DNA of 64,000 bases from a virus: the IMG/VR virus record IMGVR_UViG_3300045988_050969; one strand, given 5' to 3'. Made by a program: the position numbers and the translations under genes. This document shows, in pieces, positions 46,752 through 55,969 of this stretch (position 1 is the stretch's first letter; each line of letters opens with the position of its first letter). The notes under the pieces were generated by a model that saw nothing but the letters and a program-made list of their open reading frames with translations, did not search any database and was not told the origin of the DNA.

Positions 46752-47123
46752 TTATTCTTTCTCCAATCTAAGTACGATAGTTAGCTGAACTCTATCTCCT
46801 ATTACTTCAGGTATTAATGCTGGATTAACCATCCATTCATCATCAGCTTTACCTTTTATTATCAGACCTTTATCTCTTAATTTCCCTATGTATCTACTTA
46901 AGTTATCACTAGTAATGCCTGTTGCAGCTTTTAGATAACGTCTGTTTTCGGTACTTATCACATTCTTGCTGTACCCAGGGAGCTTAGGTGTATTAATATC
47001 TATATCAATTAATAAAACCATCAAGTCTTGCTCCCTAGTGGTCAGCTAAAGTACACCATCAAGTGATTTGAGGAATTCTCTGTAAAGATCTGTTTTTTTA
47101 ACCGTCTTTACAAGTTTATTCAT
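46752..47123 (-). CDS. winged-helix-like DNA-binding protein; the long form needs read-through of the TAG at 47046..47048
   Basis: The short form starts at ATG 47021. An upstream in-frame extension, MNKLVKTVKKTDLYREFLKSLDGVL[TAG]LTTREQDLMVLL..., starts at ATG 47123. C-terminal ITSDNLSRYIGKLRDKGLI looks HTH-like. Confidence 0.45.
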
Positions 47124-47523
47124 TAATGATTTCCTTTACCTTTTTAAGAATTTGATTCATATTGAAATATACCGTGTCTGCTTCAACCTTAACACAAGTA
47201 GGAATTTCTTGATTGTTATAGGCTTCTACTAAATCGTCATGGTCTTTCTTATATTGAGCTTCTAATGTATCTACTAAATCAGATAATGCACACAATTTAT
47301 CAATTGCAGAGATTTCCTTATCCTCATCTTCAACAACTAACAGATTACCTGATTCTACAAACTCTTCTGCTGTTTCCTCATCCATACACATATAACGTGA
47401 ACACTTCTTATTATCGTTTTCAGTTATCATACTGAATTCATATAAATTAGTATCCTCATTATAAGTAAGCATATCACCTTTTTGTGCAGATGCAAATTCT
47501 TTAATTACTTTATAGTTCTTCAT
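47116..47523 (-). CDS. acidic hypothetical protein (135 aa)
   Basis: Intact ORF. Confidence 0.6.
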   Translation of the reverse strand: MKNYKVIKEFASAQKGDMLTYNEDTNLYEFSMITENDNKKCSRYMCMDEETAEEFVESGNLLVVEDEDKEISAIDKLCALSDLVDTLEAQYKKDHDDLVEAYNNQEIPTCVKVEADTVYFNMNQILKKVKEIINE

Positions 47524-47632
47524 AATAATTATTATTTAGTTGTTTAATAGTTGTTACATATACCTAAACGGTAAATGTTAAAATAGTATTTATTCTTTAA
47601 CATTTGTTAACTTATATTTAAGTAAAGACATG

Positions 47633-47660
47633 AAAAAAGGCTAGATCCGCAGACCTAGCC
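47633..47660 (-). terminator. rho-independent terminator
   Basis: Minus strand GGCTAG-gtctgcggat-CTAGCC followed by TTTTTT. Confidence 0.65.
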
Positions 47661-47689
47661 CCACAACAACTATTAATACGCATTAATAT

Positions 47690-48043
47690 TTAGTCTTTTC
47701 TTGCTATAATATCATAAGGTTTAACTAACTGACTATCCTTGAATAAGTCAAAGTCTTTAGCAAACTTCTTATTAAATACTATTGTATCTCCTACTTTAAA
47801 GTCTGTTATATTTAGACTTTCTGGAATAGCAAGTACAATTCCTAATCTCCACTCTGACTCTACTTCTTTTACTTCAGTCTTAGTCTCAAACTTCTCATAA
47901 CCATCAACATCTTTTTCACCTGTACCAACTGCTTCAGTTATTTCTTTCTTCAGCTTAATAGGTTCAAGAGGTTTAACTAACACATCTTTCAGAGGAGTAT
48001 AACCAATTCCATTAATTACTGTTTCTAGTACTTTATCTTCCAT
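47690..48043 (-). CDS. GroES/gp31-like co-chaperonin candidate (117 aa)
   Basis: PLKDVLVKP...GIVLAIPES...FKVGDTIVFNK...YDIIA fits the GroES pattern with an extended loop. Confidence 0.4.
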   Translation of the reverse strand: MEDKVLETVINGIGYTPLKDVLVKPLEPIKLKKEITEAVGTGEKDVDGYEKFETKTEVKEVESEWRLGIVLAIPESLNITDFKVGDTIVFNKKFAKDFDLFKDSQLVKPYDIIARKD

Positions 48044-48216
48044 AATATTCTTATTTATATTCTATAACGTATTATTTGTTGTTTTGTTTCTTTAATCTCA
48101 ATATATTTCCGCCATTAGAACAGCAGTATCTCCTAGCTAAAGTAGGACAATTTTTATCTAAGTAATAGCATCCATCACAACTACCTATAGGATTAGACTC
48201 TACTATAAACTATTTG

Positions 48217-48495
48217 TTATCTATTATTACTGGTATTCTATTCTTTACTATCTTTGCTAATTCCTAGTCGTTCAAAGTCATTACCTTCAATTTTATATAT
48301 CCATATAAAGTAGTCTACTATATACTTAGCCATTTCACTAGTTTCACCATCTTCTATGTAGCTATTCACAACCGCATTATAAGTAGACTTATCAAAAGAT
48401 AAGCTATTATTATCTATAATAGCTCCGTTATCTAATAGCTTTTGATTTATTCTTTCTAATCCCTTTATAGAAGGATTATATTCTACTATATTCAT
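48217..48495 (-). CDS. small protein (85 aa to the TAG at 48238; 92 aa to the TAA at 48217)
   Basis: The ORF ends at a TAG, and an in-frame TAA follows 7 codons later. Confidence 0.5.
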
Positions 48496-48692
48496 TATTG
48501 TTTTCTTTCTCTTTTAAGTATAAAGCCTTGAGTGCATAGTGAAGTAATCCTAGAAGGACAATAGCAATTGTATAAATCACAACCTTGACACATACCCTTT
48601 ACTTCGTTCTCTACTAAAGTATAAGGTTTATTACCAAAATATACTTTCTTACCTAAGTAAGCTACTTCTTTAACTTGTTGTTGTTTATTCAT
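48495..48692 (-). CDS. small Cys-containing protein (65 aa)
   Basis: Intact ORF. Contains the motif CQGCDLYNCYC. Confidence 0.5.
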   Translation of the reverse strand: MNKQQQVKEVAYLGKKVYFGNKPYTLVENEVKGMCQGCDLYNCYCPSRITSLCTQGFILKRERKQ

Positions 48693-48858
48693 AATATAAA
48701 TATCTAAAGTAGGAGACTATAATCAGTCTATACTGTCTTAGACTGTCTTTAACTGTTATAGACAGTAACGTATAAACTCTTATAAAAGTTTCTTTTATGA
48801 TAAACTTTTTAACATTTGTTAAGAACAATTATAGCTATTTAATAGCTAATTTTTAACA

Positions 48859-49719
48859 TTATTTATGAATTAATTTATATAATTCATCGGCTAACTTCTT
48901 AGCATCTGGATGAGCTGCACCACTACAACGTAACTTAAAGAAACCTTCCCAATCACTTTCAAAGCCTGTCATTACTAATTCTGTCTTAGTTGCATTAGGT
49001 AGTACTCCACGAGCTTCTTGAGGCTTTAAACCTTTGTTTATTAGCAGTCTGTATTGCATTCCTGCATTGTTCAAACACCATAAAAAGTTATCTGCTACAC
49101 CATTATCTGAAGGTAATTGGATTTTCATATTATCAATATCACACCAATCTCCATCCCAGTAAGTATAATCACCTGTAGGTATATCTAACCAAGTAGGTTT
49201 AATAAAAGTAAGCTCGTTATTAAATTTATCCTTATTGTAGTTACAATATCTCTGTGACTCCTGTGCAAAGCTGAATACTCTGTGTCTAACAAATTCATGG
49301 CTTACTCCTCTATCGCATATAAATTTAGCTGTGATGCGCTTTTCATGATGTTCTGTAGGTTCTACTTGATATTGCAAGTCATCTAATCTATTATTCTCTA
49401 CTATTACTCGTAGATTGGTTGTCACGTATATTGAATTTCCATGTATACGCACTTTTGTATATTTCTTGTGATTACCATCTGACCAATATAGTCTAGCTGG
49501 TGGAAGATGTCCGTCTTCTGTTTTATCTATCTTTAAATAAATAGTACCATGCTCTAACATAGCCCCATGACCAAGCTTAATCATACGGTCTACAAACTCT
49601 TTAGCGCTATCCTCTGTTATCTTATCTTCACTCTTATAGCAAGTTCTACCTGCTAATTCTATCATCTTGTAAGGGTCTTTTTCCTCAATAATCTGTACGC
49701 TGGATTCTATTAGTTTCAT
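48859..49719 (-). CDS. thyX: flavin-dependent thymidylate synthase ThyX
   Basis: ThyX signature RHRVFSFAQESQRY (RHRxxSxxxxSxR), with an appropriate length of 286 aa. Confidence 0.9.
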   Translation of the reverse strand: MKLIESSVQIIEEKDPYKMIELAGRTCYKSEDKITEDSAKEFVDRMIKLGHGAMLEHGTIYLKIDKTEDGHLPPARLYWSDGNHKKYTKVRIHGNSIYVTTNLRVIVENNRLDDLQYQVEPTEHHEKRITAKFICDRGVSHEFVRHRVFSFAQESQRYCNYNKDKFNNELTFIKPTWLDIPTGDYTYWDGDWCDIDNMKIQLPSDNGVADNFLWCLNNAGMQYRLLINKGLKPQEARGVLPNATKTELVMTGFESDWEGFFKLRCSGAAHPDAKKLADELYKLIHK

Positions 49720-50007
49720 ATTATATAGTTATTTGTTATATACTCTATAACGCAGATATTAAGAATAATTACAGATATTTAACATAAATTAAACATATTT
49801 TAAAAATAAAATATAAAAAATTTTATAAAAATTTTTTGAGAGAGGTGGTGCGTGTGTAGAATTAAAAAAATATAAAATACCCCCGCGTGTGCGAAACAGC
49901 AAAGATTCACTCCCCTCTATTAAGTATTGGCAGGGAACACCCCGTACTGTTTCGGTATTGGCGTTCCCTTTTATTGTGTATTGTGTAATTCTTAAAATTG
50001 TGTAGTT
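49720..50007. promoter_or_regulatory. divergent intergenic control region
   Basis: Lies between oppositely oriented modules. It has a long A/T tract (about 49790..49850), then a GC-rich part with direct repeats GCGTGTG x2 and GTATTGGC x2, the inverted repeat GGGAAC/GTTCCC plus TTTTATT, and ATTGTGT x3 just before the ATG at 50008. Confidence 0.5.
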
Positions 50008-50592
50008 ATGAAATGTAATGTAACAAGTTTTGTTAAAGTTGAAAGAGAGAATGAAATGCCGTACTTTATTATTAAAGCAACGGGTGTCGAAGGTGATGAA
50101 GGTGCAAACGTAGTGGACGAAGACGGATGTATTAATCCGTTCGCTATGATGTCAAGGCGTTTTAACTTTACAAAAACACTTTTTCCGTCAACGGACAAAC
50201 AAGTAGAGCAATTAGAAAAACTTTATGAGGTGGATGAGAATGGGAAAGTAGTTAAGGGTGCGCCAATACGGTTGATGTCGGTATCTTGGGCAACGGGTAC
50301 GGAGTTTTACATTCGCAAAGAAGGCTCTGTTACGGGAGTCTATGAAACGGAGGAGGAAGTAACGGAAAAGGTTGTTCGTAATGGCAAAACCATTGAAGTG
50401 ACTAAAACAAAGTACATACCGAAAGTGTTTAAAAGTGTTAATTTAACACTCTTTGAAAATGCTGATGGTACATGCGCCGAAAACGGTGGAAATGCTGATG
50501 CCTTATGCAAAAGGACTTTTGAAAGGGGACTTGAATCCGGTGCTTATATTCTATGCGAAACAGCTACAGACATTACCGAGGTAATCGCTTAA
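50008..50592 (+). CDS. hypothetical early protein (194 aa)
   Basis: Intact ORF, higher GC, ends TAA. Confidence 0.7.
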   Translation: MKCNVTSFVKVERENEMPYFIIKATGVEGDEGANVVDEDGCINPFAMMSRRFNFTKTLFPSTDKQVEQLEKLYEVDENGKVVKGAPIRLMSVSWATGTEFYIRKEGSVTGVYETEEEVTEKVVRNGKTIEVTKTKYIPKVFKSVNLTLFENADGTCAENGGNADALCKRTFERGLESGAYILCETATDITEVIA

Positions 50593-50620
50593 TATATGGC
50601 GGTTCTATCCGACAAGCACG

Positions 50621-50646
50621 GTCTACAGATTATGTAGACTTTGCTT
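50621..50646 (+). terminator. terminator-like hairpin
   Basis: GTCTACA-gatta-TGTAGAC followed by TTTGCTTGCTTTG. Confidence 0.5.
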
Positions 50647-50689
50647 GCTTTGCAAATCAACATTTATTATTAACATAACAACTTTGCCT

Positions 50690-50836
50690 ATGTATTCATT
50701 AATACACGGACTATTGAACATTGTATCTTTCCTATTTTGTTATTTTGCTATAGGAGAGATTAATGGTTTAATCTTTTATCTCGTCTTTAATGTGTTTCAC
50801 ATTCTATATCTTACTTTAAGATTAGATGATGAGTAA
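50690..50836 (+). CDS. small two-TM membrane protein (48 aa)
   Basis: The ATG at 50690 lies inside track ORF 50645..50836. The sequence is hydrophobic. Confidence 0.35.
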   Translation: MYSLIHGLLNIVSFLFCYFAIGEINGLIFYLVFNVFHILYLTLRLDDE

Positions 50837-51117
50837 GAGAACAAAAACAGTAAGTACTCTATCACACCTACCTGACTAGAATTCAGGAGTGGACGGCCTC
50901 TGATAAGTAACTTACTAAAAAACTCAATAACATCCCAAGACATTGAGGGCACCAGTTTCTTATATTAGCGTAAGGCTTACGGAAGAAGTTATAGTTCCTA
51001 CATGGATGAAAAGACGTACTTAGAGTTAATAACTCAGCGCTATAACAGTATGCAGCTATAAAGATATAAGTTTTAGGTGTAAAATGCAATTTAACTATTA
51101 ACTAAATAAATAATCAT

Positions 51118-51201
51118 ATGGATAGAGACACAGAATTAGGTATATTATCAGTAATAATCACAATGATAGTACTATATCTATCTATATGGTTATTTAACTA
51201 A
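51118..51201 (+). CDS. mini-ORF encoding a 27-aa TM peptide
   Basis: MDRDTELGILSVIITMIVLYLSIWLFN. Preceded by the same aactaaataaata-type leader seen before 51899 and 52150. Confidence 0.3.
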   Translation: MDRDTELGILSVIITMIVLYLSIWLFN

Positions 51202-51898
51202 GATATACAGATTTATTCGCAAAGTAATTATTCTATGAAATGCAAATTATCCTCATATGTTGTGAAACATAATTTAACCACGTTAAAGTATAATAATATA
51301 AGTTAGGTATGCCCTTATAAAGACTTAGGTAGCGCTAAGGACTATATTATTATACTTCTCTTCTTAATGCAGCCGAGTGCCGGTGACAAGCCCGACAGAA
51401 TGCAGAGTCAAGAAAAATAATTTATTATCATTATTACGCATTCTATGCACAAGAAATGTAGTAGTTGAGAAGATGATAGATTATAATCCACGTGGTAGAT
51501 GCAGTTGTAGGTTCCAACTGGTGCACATCTTTTAGAGACAGTAACCAAGCTCGAAGTAAGCAGAGCGAAGATAGAAGCTATACCTTGATAGGCTTAATGA
51601 GGTGCTTAACAGTCTGACACTAACTGAACAATAAGTGTCCTCAGTTCCGGGTGAGTAAAGTGAATGTGGAATATATCGGACTACAGCCTCGAAGAAAGGT
51701 TCCACCAAGTATGTCAAAACTTGAGTAGAAAGTTGTACTATAACCAAAAGTATAACAGACTTAATAGAGTAAGAGAATAGAAATGTGTATATCTACGTAG
51801 TTCATAGCATAGCTTATAATCGTATAATGCAACATCGATTATATTAATGCGCTTACTCTATTATTTTTATTGCATTAACTAACAAATAAATCAATTAT

Positions 51899-52129
51899 AT
51901 GGAAACAAAAGTAATACTGTTTATTATTCATCTAACATTAGGTATAATTAGTGGTATAATCTATCTAATATACTGTTATAAAAAATACGAGGTATTGACA
52001 TTAGCAGATGCAATAGCATCTTTATTAATGTTATTTGGATGGCCAATTGTTCTATTAGCTTTATCTAGTCATTACTTTTTACTTTTTATGAGTAATCTTG
52101 AAGAGATTAGAATATTAGAGAAAAAATAA
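51899..52129 (+). CDS. small membrane protein (76 aa)
   Basis: Intact ORF with two hydrophobic helices. Confidence 0.6.
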   Translation: METKVILFIIHLTLGIISGIIYLIYCYKKYEVLTLADAIASLLMLFGWPIVLLALSSHYFLLFMSNLEEIRILEKK

Positions 52130-52149
52130 CTAATAAATAATATCAAATT

Positions 52150-52578
52150 ATGAAGAAAATAACTTGTATTCAGAATTATGTAATAGATAAGCTTATTGAA
52201 GACGAGAAATTATCTACAAATAGTCTATTAGATGCAATATCCAAAGTATGTTCAAAGGAACAATTTGATAATATACTATCTATTCTTATAGAAACACCTA
52301 TTCCTTGTACAAATATGCCTGAATTAGAAAGTAAAACAAGCTTAGTAGGAATAAGCATGTTTATACCTGAAGAAGTTAGTGGTTCTACTAAAATAGAGAT
52401 AATAAAAATAATAAAAGACCAATTTGGTCTTCGTCTTGGACAAGCTAAAGAATATGTAGATAGTTGCATAGGGAAATACGGTATGGTTCCTAAGGTTGTT
52501 GCACAAGAAGAAGTAGATATTATTACCGAAAAATTAAAACCTTACCATGTAAGTGTATCTATAGTAGGATTTTATTAA
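52150..52578 (+). CDS. protein with a ribosomal L7/L12 C-terminal-domain-like region (142 aa)
   Basis: KIEIIKIIKDQFGLRLGQAKEYVDS...VVAQEEVDIITEKLKPYHVSVSI parallels the L7/L12 CTD sequence [25 protein letters not shown]...[22 protein letters not shown]. Confidence 0.45.
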   Translation: MKKITCIQNYVIDKLIEDEKLSTNSLLDAISKVCSKEQFDNILSILIETPIPCTNMPELESKTSLVGISMFIPEEVSGSTKIEIIKIIKDQFGLRLGQAKEYVDSCIGKYGMVPKVVAQEEVDIITEKLKPYHVSVSIVGFY

Positions 52579-52609
52579 AAGTTAATGCAGTAAATATTAC
52601 TGCATCTAT

Positions 52610-52712
52610 ACTGTGAGAATCAGTATCAACTTTGTGGGGCTTATATTTAGACAATGTATGATAATAGTTGCAAATGTTATTATATAATCTAATATTAGTG
52701 CAGATGAAATCA
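52610..52712 (+). ncRNA. structured RNA-like element, copy A1
   Basis: Hairpin ACTG-tgagaat-CAGT (52610..52624), TGTGGGGCTTATAT (52633..52646) and ATTAGTGCAGATGAAATCA (52694..52712). Confidence 0.4.
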
Positions 52713-52791
52713 AAGATAGTTCGTATTTGCGGTATTGCGGGATACGAACAAGTCAAGTCATTATAAGACTGGGTAGCGTAATACAAAAAAT

Positions 52792-52812
52792 CCTAGCTGA
52801 CCTGTAGCTAGG
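52792..52812 (+). terminator. terminator-like hairpin between copies A1 and A2
   Basis: CCTAGCT-gacctgt-AGCTAGG followed by TATCTTT. Confidence 0.4.
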
Positions 52813-52819
52813 TATCTTT

Positions 52820-52934
52820 AAGGTGAGAATCCTTGACAATCCTGTGGGGCTTATATCTATCAAAAGAACTTACAGCAGCTTTTATATTAGCTTAGCTGGA
52901 CTTTATGATAGTATTAGTGCAGACGTTAAAATCA
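52820..52934 (+). ncRNA. structured RNA-like element, copy A2
   Basis: Hairpin AAGG-tgagaat-CCTT (52820..52834), TGTGGGGCTTATAT (52843..52856) and ATTAGTGCAGACGTTAAAATCA (52913..52934). Confidence 0.4.
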
Positions 52935-53263
52935 GGAACAACTACATCATTACTAACAATATTATCGGTCACAAGTCTAACGACAATATGATGTAGCCAA
53001 GTTTGTTCGTCCTTAGATTTACAGTATCAGCCATTTGTTTATTTAATCATTGTTCGTTCTTAATTATACAGATTGATTAATTAAGCATAACAGTAAGCGT
53101 ACTGTTGTCAGTATATTTATATGTGAATATAGATATACTGATTGCACTCAAAAGCTGGCCTTCACGTGGCGAGTGTGTTAAGTAATAGGTCTAAAAAATC
53201 TTCCAGTTTTACCTATGAAAACTAACAGCTACCTTTTTATTAACTTTAATAACTATCAAAAAT

Positions 53264-53449
53264 ATGTATAAAAAACTATCAAATTTAAATGTTGGAGATA
53301 TATTCCAATATGGAGACACTATATATGAAATAGTAGAAAAAGGAGTATGGCATGCAAAATGCAAGTATATTAATGAAACTCCTAAATCGGAATATTCACC
53401 TGAATATTTATTTATAAATTTTAGTCTTTATACTCGAGTTAAAGTTTAA
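53264..53449 (+). CDS. small hypothetical protein (61 aa)
   Basis: Intact ORF. Confidence 0.5.
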   Translation: MYKKLSNLNVGDIFQYGDTIYEIVEKGVWHAKCKYINETPKSEYSPEYLFINFSLYTRVKV

Positions 53450-53460
53450 TAATTTTAAAT

Positions 53461-53544
53461 GCCCAGATGTTGAAATAGGTAGACAATCCACACTTAAACT
53501 GTGGTGACCATTTGGTCGTGCGGGTTCGACTCCCGCTCTGGGTA
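53461..53544 (+). tRNA. tRNA-Leu (anticodon UAA), class II
   Basis: Acceptor GCCCAGA/TCTGGGT, D-loop AATAGGTA, anticodon arm CCACA-[CT TAA AC]-TGTGG, long variable arm GACC-ATTT-GGTC, T-arm GCGGG-TTCGACT-CCCGC. Closely parallels E. coli tRNA-Leu(UAA). Confidence 0.9.
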
Positions 53545-53576
53545 CAATTAGTAATTAACATTAAAATCAATTTAAT

Positions 53577-53876
53577 ATGAAAGAAGAAAAACTTACAAGA
53601 TTAAAAATTCTAAGAGTAATGTCATATGATCTCTTACACTTCCTTATGAGGGAAAAAATACTTAGTGTATTTCTAACTGAATGCTTAAACAATAGCTATT
53701 CCTGGGTTCTTAAAAACAGAATAGAACAAGGAATATTTCAAAATCGAAGTATTACATTACATGATATGTATGAATTTGAAAATTATTTCACATTTAGTGT
53801 GTCTACTACTTTTACTGAAAGTGCTTGGTGGAGATATGCATTTAAATATAGGGAGGAGTATTCATGGAAAGTCTAA
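53577..53876 (+). CDS. hypothetical early protein (99 aa)
   Basis: Intact ORF. Confidence 0.55.
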   Translation: MKEEKLTRLKILRVMSYDLLHFLMREKILSVFLTECLNNSYSWVLKNRIEQGIFQNRSITLHDMYEFENYFTFSVSTTFTESAWWRYAFKYREEYSWKV

Positions 53877-54175
53877 ATAGTATTACTAAATATATAGTAG
53901 GTGCTATAATATTTGTATTTATACTTATGTGGATAGCTGACAAGCTATTTATTGCGCATGTTAATACTGCTACAGAGTTTTTAGATAATTATAAGAATTA
54001 TATAATAATAAGAAAAGATAAAGGTATAAATGATTATATACTTACTATTAAAAATCCTTATACTCAAGATATTAGGTATCGAATTACTAATGTAACTGTT
54101 CCTTCTGGATTATGGTATAATTATTCTATAGGAGATACTATTGGTAAGAAAAAGCAGATATATTTTAATCAATAA
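53864..54175 (+). CDS. membrane-anchored early protein (103 aa)
   Basis: Intact ORF. N-terminal TM segment. GGGAGGAG lies upstream of the ATG. Confidence 0.55.
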   Translation: MESLNSITKYIVGAIIFVFILMWIADKLFIAHVNTATEFLDNYKNYIIIRKDKGINDYILTIKNPYTQDIRYRITNVTVPSGLWYNYSIGDTIGKKKQIYFNQ

Positions 54176-54187
54176 AAGTAAGTAGTT

Positions 54188-54556
54188 ATGAAAAGAGAAG
54201 AAATTAAATCTTACAAAGATGCCTGCAAAGTAATAGGTAGAAAACCTAGAACTTATAAAGATAAGCATCTAAATCTGTATGAACAGCTTAGTACAATTAC
54301 AGCTGCTCTGAACTTTATTAGTAATAATAACAAACCTTGGAAACCTAAGTTTGATTATTATTATATCTATTCTTGGTTATACAGAAAAGATGGATATAAT
54401 AAATCTGCGGGTTTGTTCTCTTTGGCTTCTCGCAATGGGTTGGACGATTCCCTTGCTCATGTCGGGACTTCTCTGAAGATAAAAGAAAGAGAGGATGGAA
54501 ATTACATAATAGAAAACTTTAAAGAACTACTCCAAGATTGGTTTTGGGGAAATTAA
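54188..54556 (+). CDS. hypothetical early protein (122 aa)
   Basis: Intact ORF. Confidence 0.55.
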   Translation: MKREEIKSYKDACKVIGRKPRTYKDKHLNLYEQLSTITAALNFISNNNKPWKPKFDYYYIYSWLYRKDGYNKSAGLFSLASRNGLDDSLAHVGTSLKIKEREDGNYIIENFKELLQDWFWGN

Positions 54557-54582
54557 TTACTAATTTTAAAAACATTATCAAA

Positions 54583-55041
54583 ATGGAAAATGAAATGATG
54601 GCGAGACCCGAACCGCCAAGAAGAACTGTTTGGGTAATAGTAGCAATCATTGCCTTAATAGGCATGTTTGGAGCAATGATTTATGCAGAGCGTGAAAACA
54701 TTGCTAATTTCTTAAATGGTGTGAACCAAGAAGAAGTACAAGAAGATCCTCAAGTTATCATTGAGGAACCTGTAACAACAATACAGGATATTCTCGATAT
54801 GAGAGAGCAAATGAGAGAAGATAGAAGAGTTGACAGTGTATTTTTAGCTATGCCAAAGGTAGTATTAATTGATATTTTGATGCAGCATGGTACATCATTG
54901 TCTATAAAAGACATGATTTACATATATGAATCAAACACATCAACGTACAACACAGTATTATCTGGAGCAAGAGCTCAAAAATATCTTGATGATTCTATAA
55001 AAACTAGTCCCTTACCAACGGTTGTAAACGACTCTATTTGA
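54583..55041 (+). CDS. membrane-anchored early protein (152 aa)
   Basis: First ATG at 54583, within track ORF 54538..55041. TM segment VWVIVAIIALIGMFGAMIY. Confidence 0.55.
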   Translation: MENEMMARPEPPRRTVWVIVAIIALIGMFGAMIYAERENIANFLNGVNQEEVQEDPQVIIEEPVTTIQDILDMREQMREDRRVDSVFLAMPKVVLIDILMQHGTSLSIKDMIYIYESNTSTYNTVLSGARAQKYLDDSIKTSPLPTVVNDSI

Positions 55042-55088
55042 AATTAAAACTAAACCTTCTTTCTGTTTTAAATGAATATTAGAGTCTA

Positions 55089-55263
55089 GTATACTCAGTC
55101 TGTGAAGATAGAGTATACGTCCTCAGAAAATGACAAGCATGTGGGGCGTAAGTATATACAGTAGGTTATCGTTTATCCTCATTTATACAGGTTAATTGCG
55201 CAACTGTAAAAAACGGGATTGATAGAATAGATGGTATATATGATCGTGCGGACGTTAAAATCA
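55089..55263 (+). ncRNA. structured RNA-like element, copy B
   Basis: Hairpin GTATACTC-agtctgtgaagata-GAGTATAC (55089..55118), TGTGGGGC (55140..55147), stem GTATATAC/GTATATAT and GTGCGGACGTTAAAATCA (55246..55263). Confidence 0.4.
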
Positions 55264-55457
55264 TGTACTCCAATAAGATTTAGTTTGACAGCTACTTCTG
55301 CTTATGAGTTAAAACTATAGTGAGAGTCATAGTAAGTAACGATTGTGGTCGTTTATCTTTGTCTTATAACAAATGCTATAAACCCAGTAGTTGGCACTAA
55401 CTTAATTAAATCCTGAGTGCCCAGGCGTCATTATTAATCAATTTAAACGTTTAGATT

Positions 55458-55721
55458 ATGGGAATATTATCAAAATTAACCAGAACAATGCGTATTAGAA
55501 AAATACGCAGAGAAGCTAGGCAAAAAGCTTATGAAGCATTGTGCCTGTCACCATTAAAATACTCTAGAGCAATTGCTGAAATAGATTGTATTATTGATGG
55601 TCACAAATGGAGTAGTGAATTTGATCCTAAAAAGGAAATAGCTAAAGGCACTACTAAGAGAGCATATTGCAAACATTGTGGAGTATACTATCATACTCAC
55701 ACTTATAAAGAAGATATATGA
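55458..55721 (+). CDS. hypothetical early protein (87 aa)
   Basis: Intact ORF ending in TGA. Confidence 0.55.
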   Translation: MGILSKLTRTMRIRKIRREARQKAYEALCLSPLKYSRAIAEIDCIIDGHKWSSEFDPKKEIAKGTTKRAYCKHCGVYYHTHTYKEDI

Positions 55722-55945
55722 AAAAATTAAGTAATGGATACCTAGAGACAAAATTTAAAGTATTCCGTCGTAGTGATGATACTATGGTAGACGAAACAGA
55801 AGCTTATATTAAAATAGACTCTATAGTAGGAATATGTAGAAGTATTAAAAGTAATACTACAGATATAATACTTGCAAGTGGAGATAGGTATACAACTACA
55901 GAGAATTTTGAGGATTTCTGCATAGATTTTTTTAAAGAAAATTAA
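55718..55945 (+). CDS. hypothetical early protein (75 aa)
   Basis: Intact ORF. ATGA overlap with the previous gene. Confidence 0.55.
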   Translation: MKKLSNGYLETKFKVFRRSDDTMVDETEAYIKIDSIVGICRSIKSNTTDIILASGDRYTTTENFEDFCIDFFKEN

Positions 55946-55969
55946 TTTTAATCAATAAAACTTAAACAA

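Noticed and set aside
52913-55263. A pistol-type self-cleaving ribozyme, suggested by ACGTTAAAATCA resembling the ACGUUAAAUAG core.
   Set aside because: Only a short string is similar. I could not find the required P1 hairpin, pseudoknot partner or P3 in the right positions. I kept it only as the generic structured-element finding.
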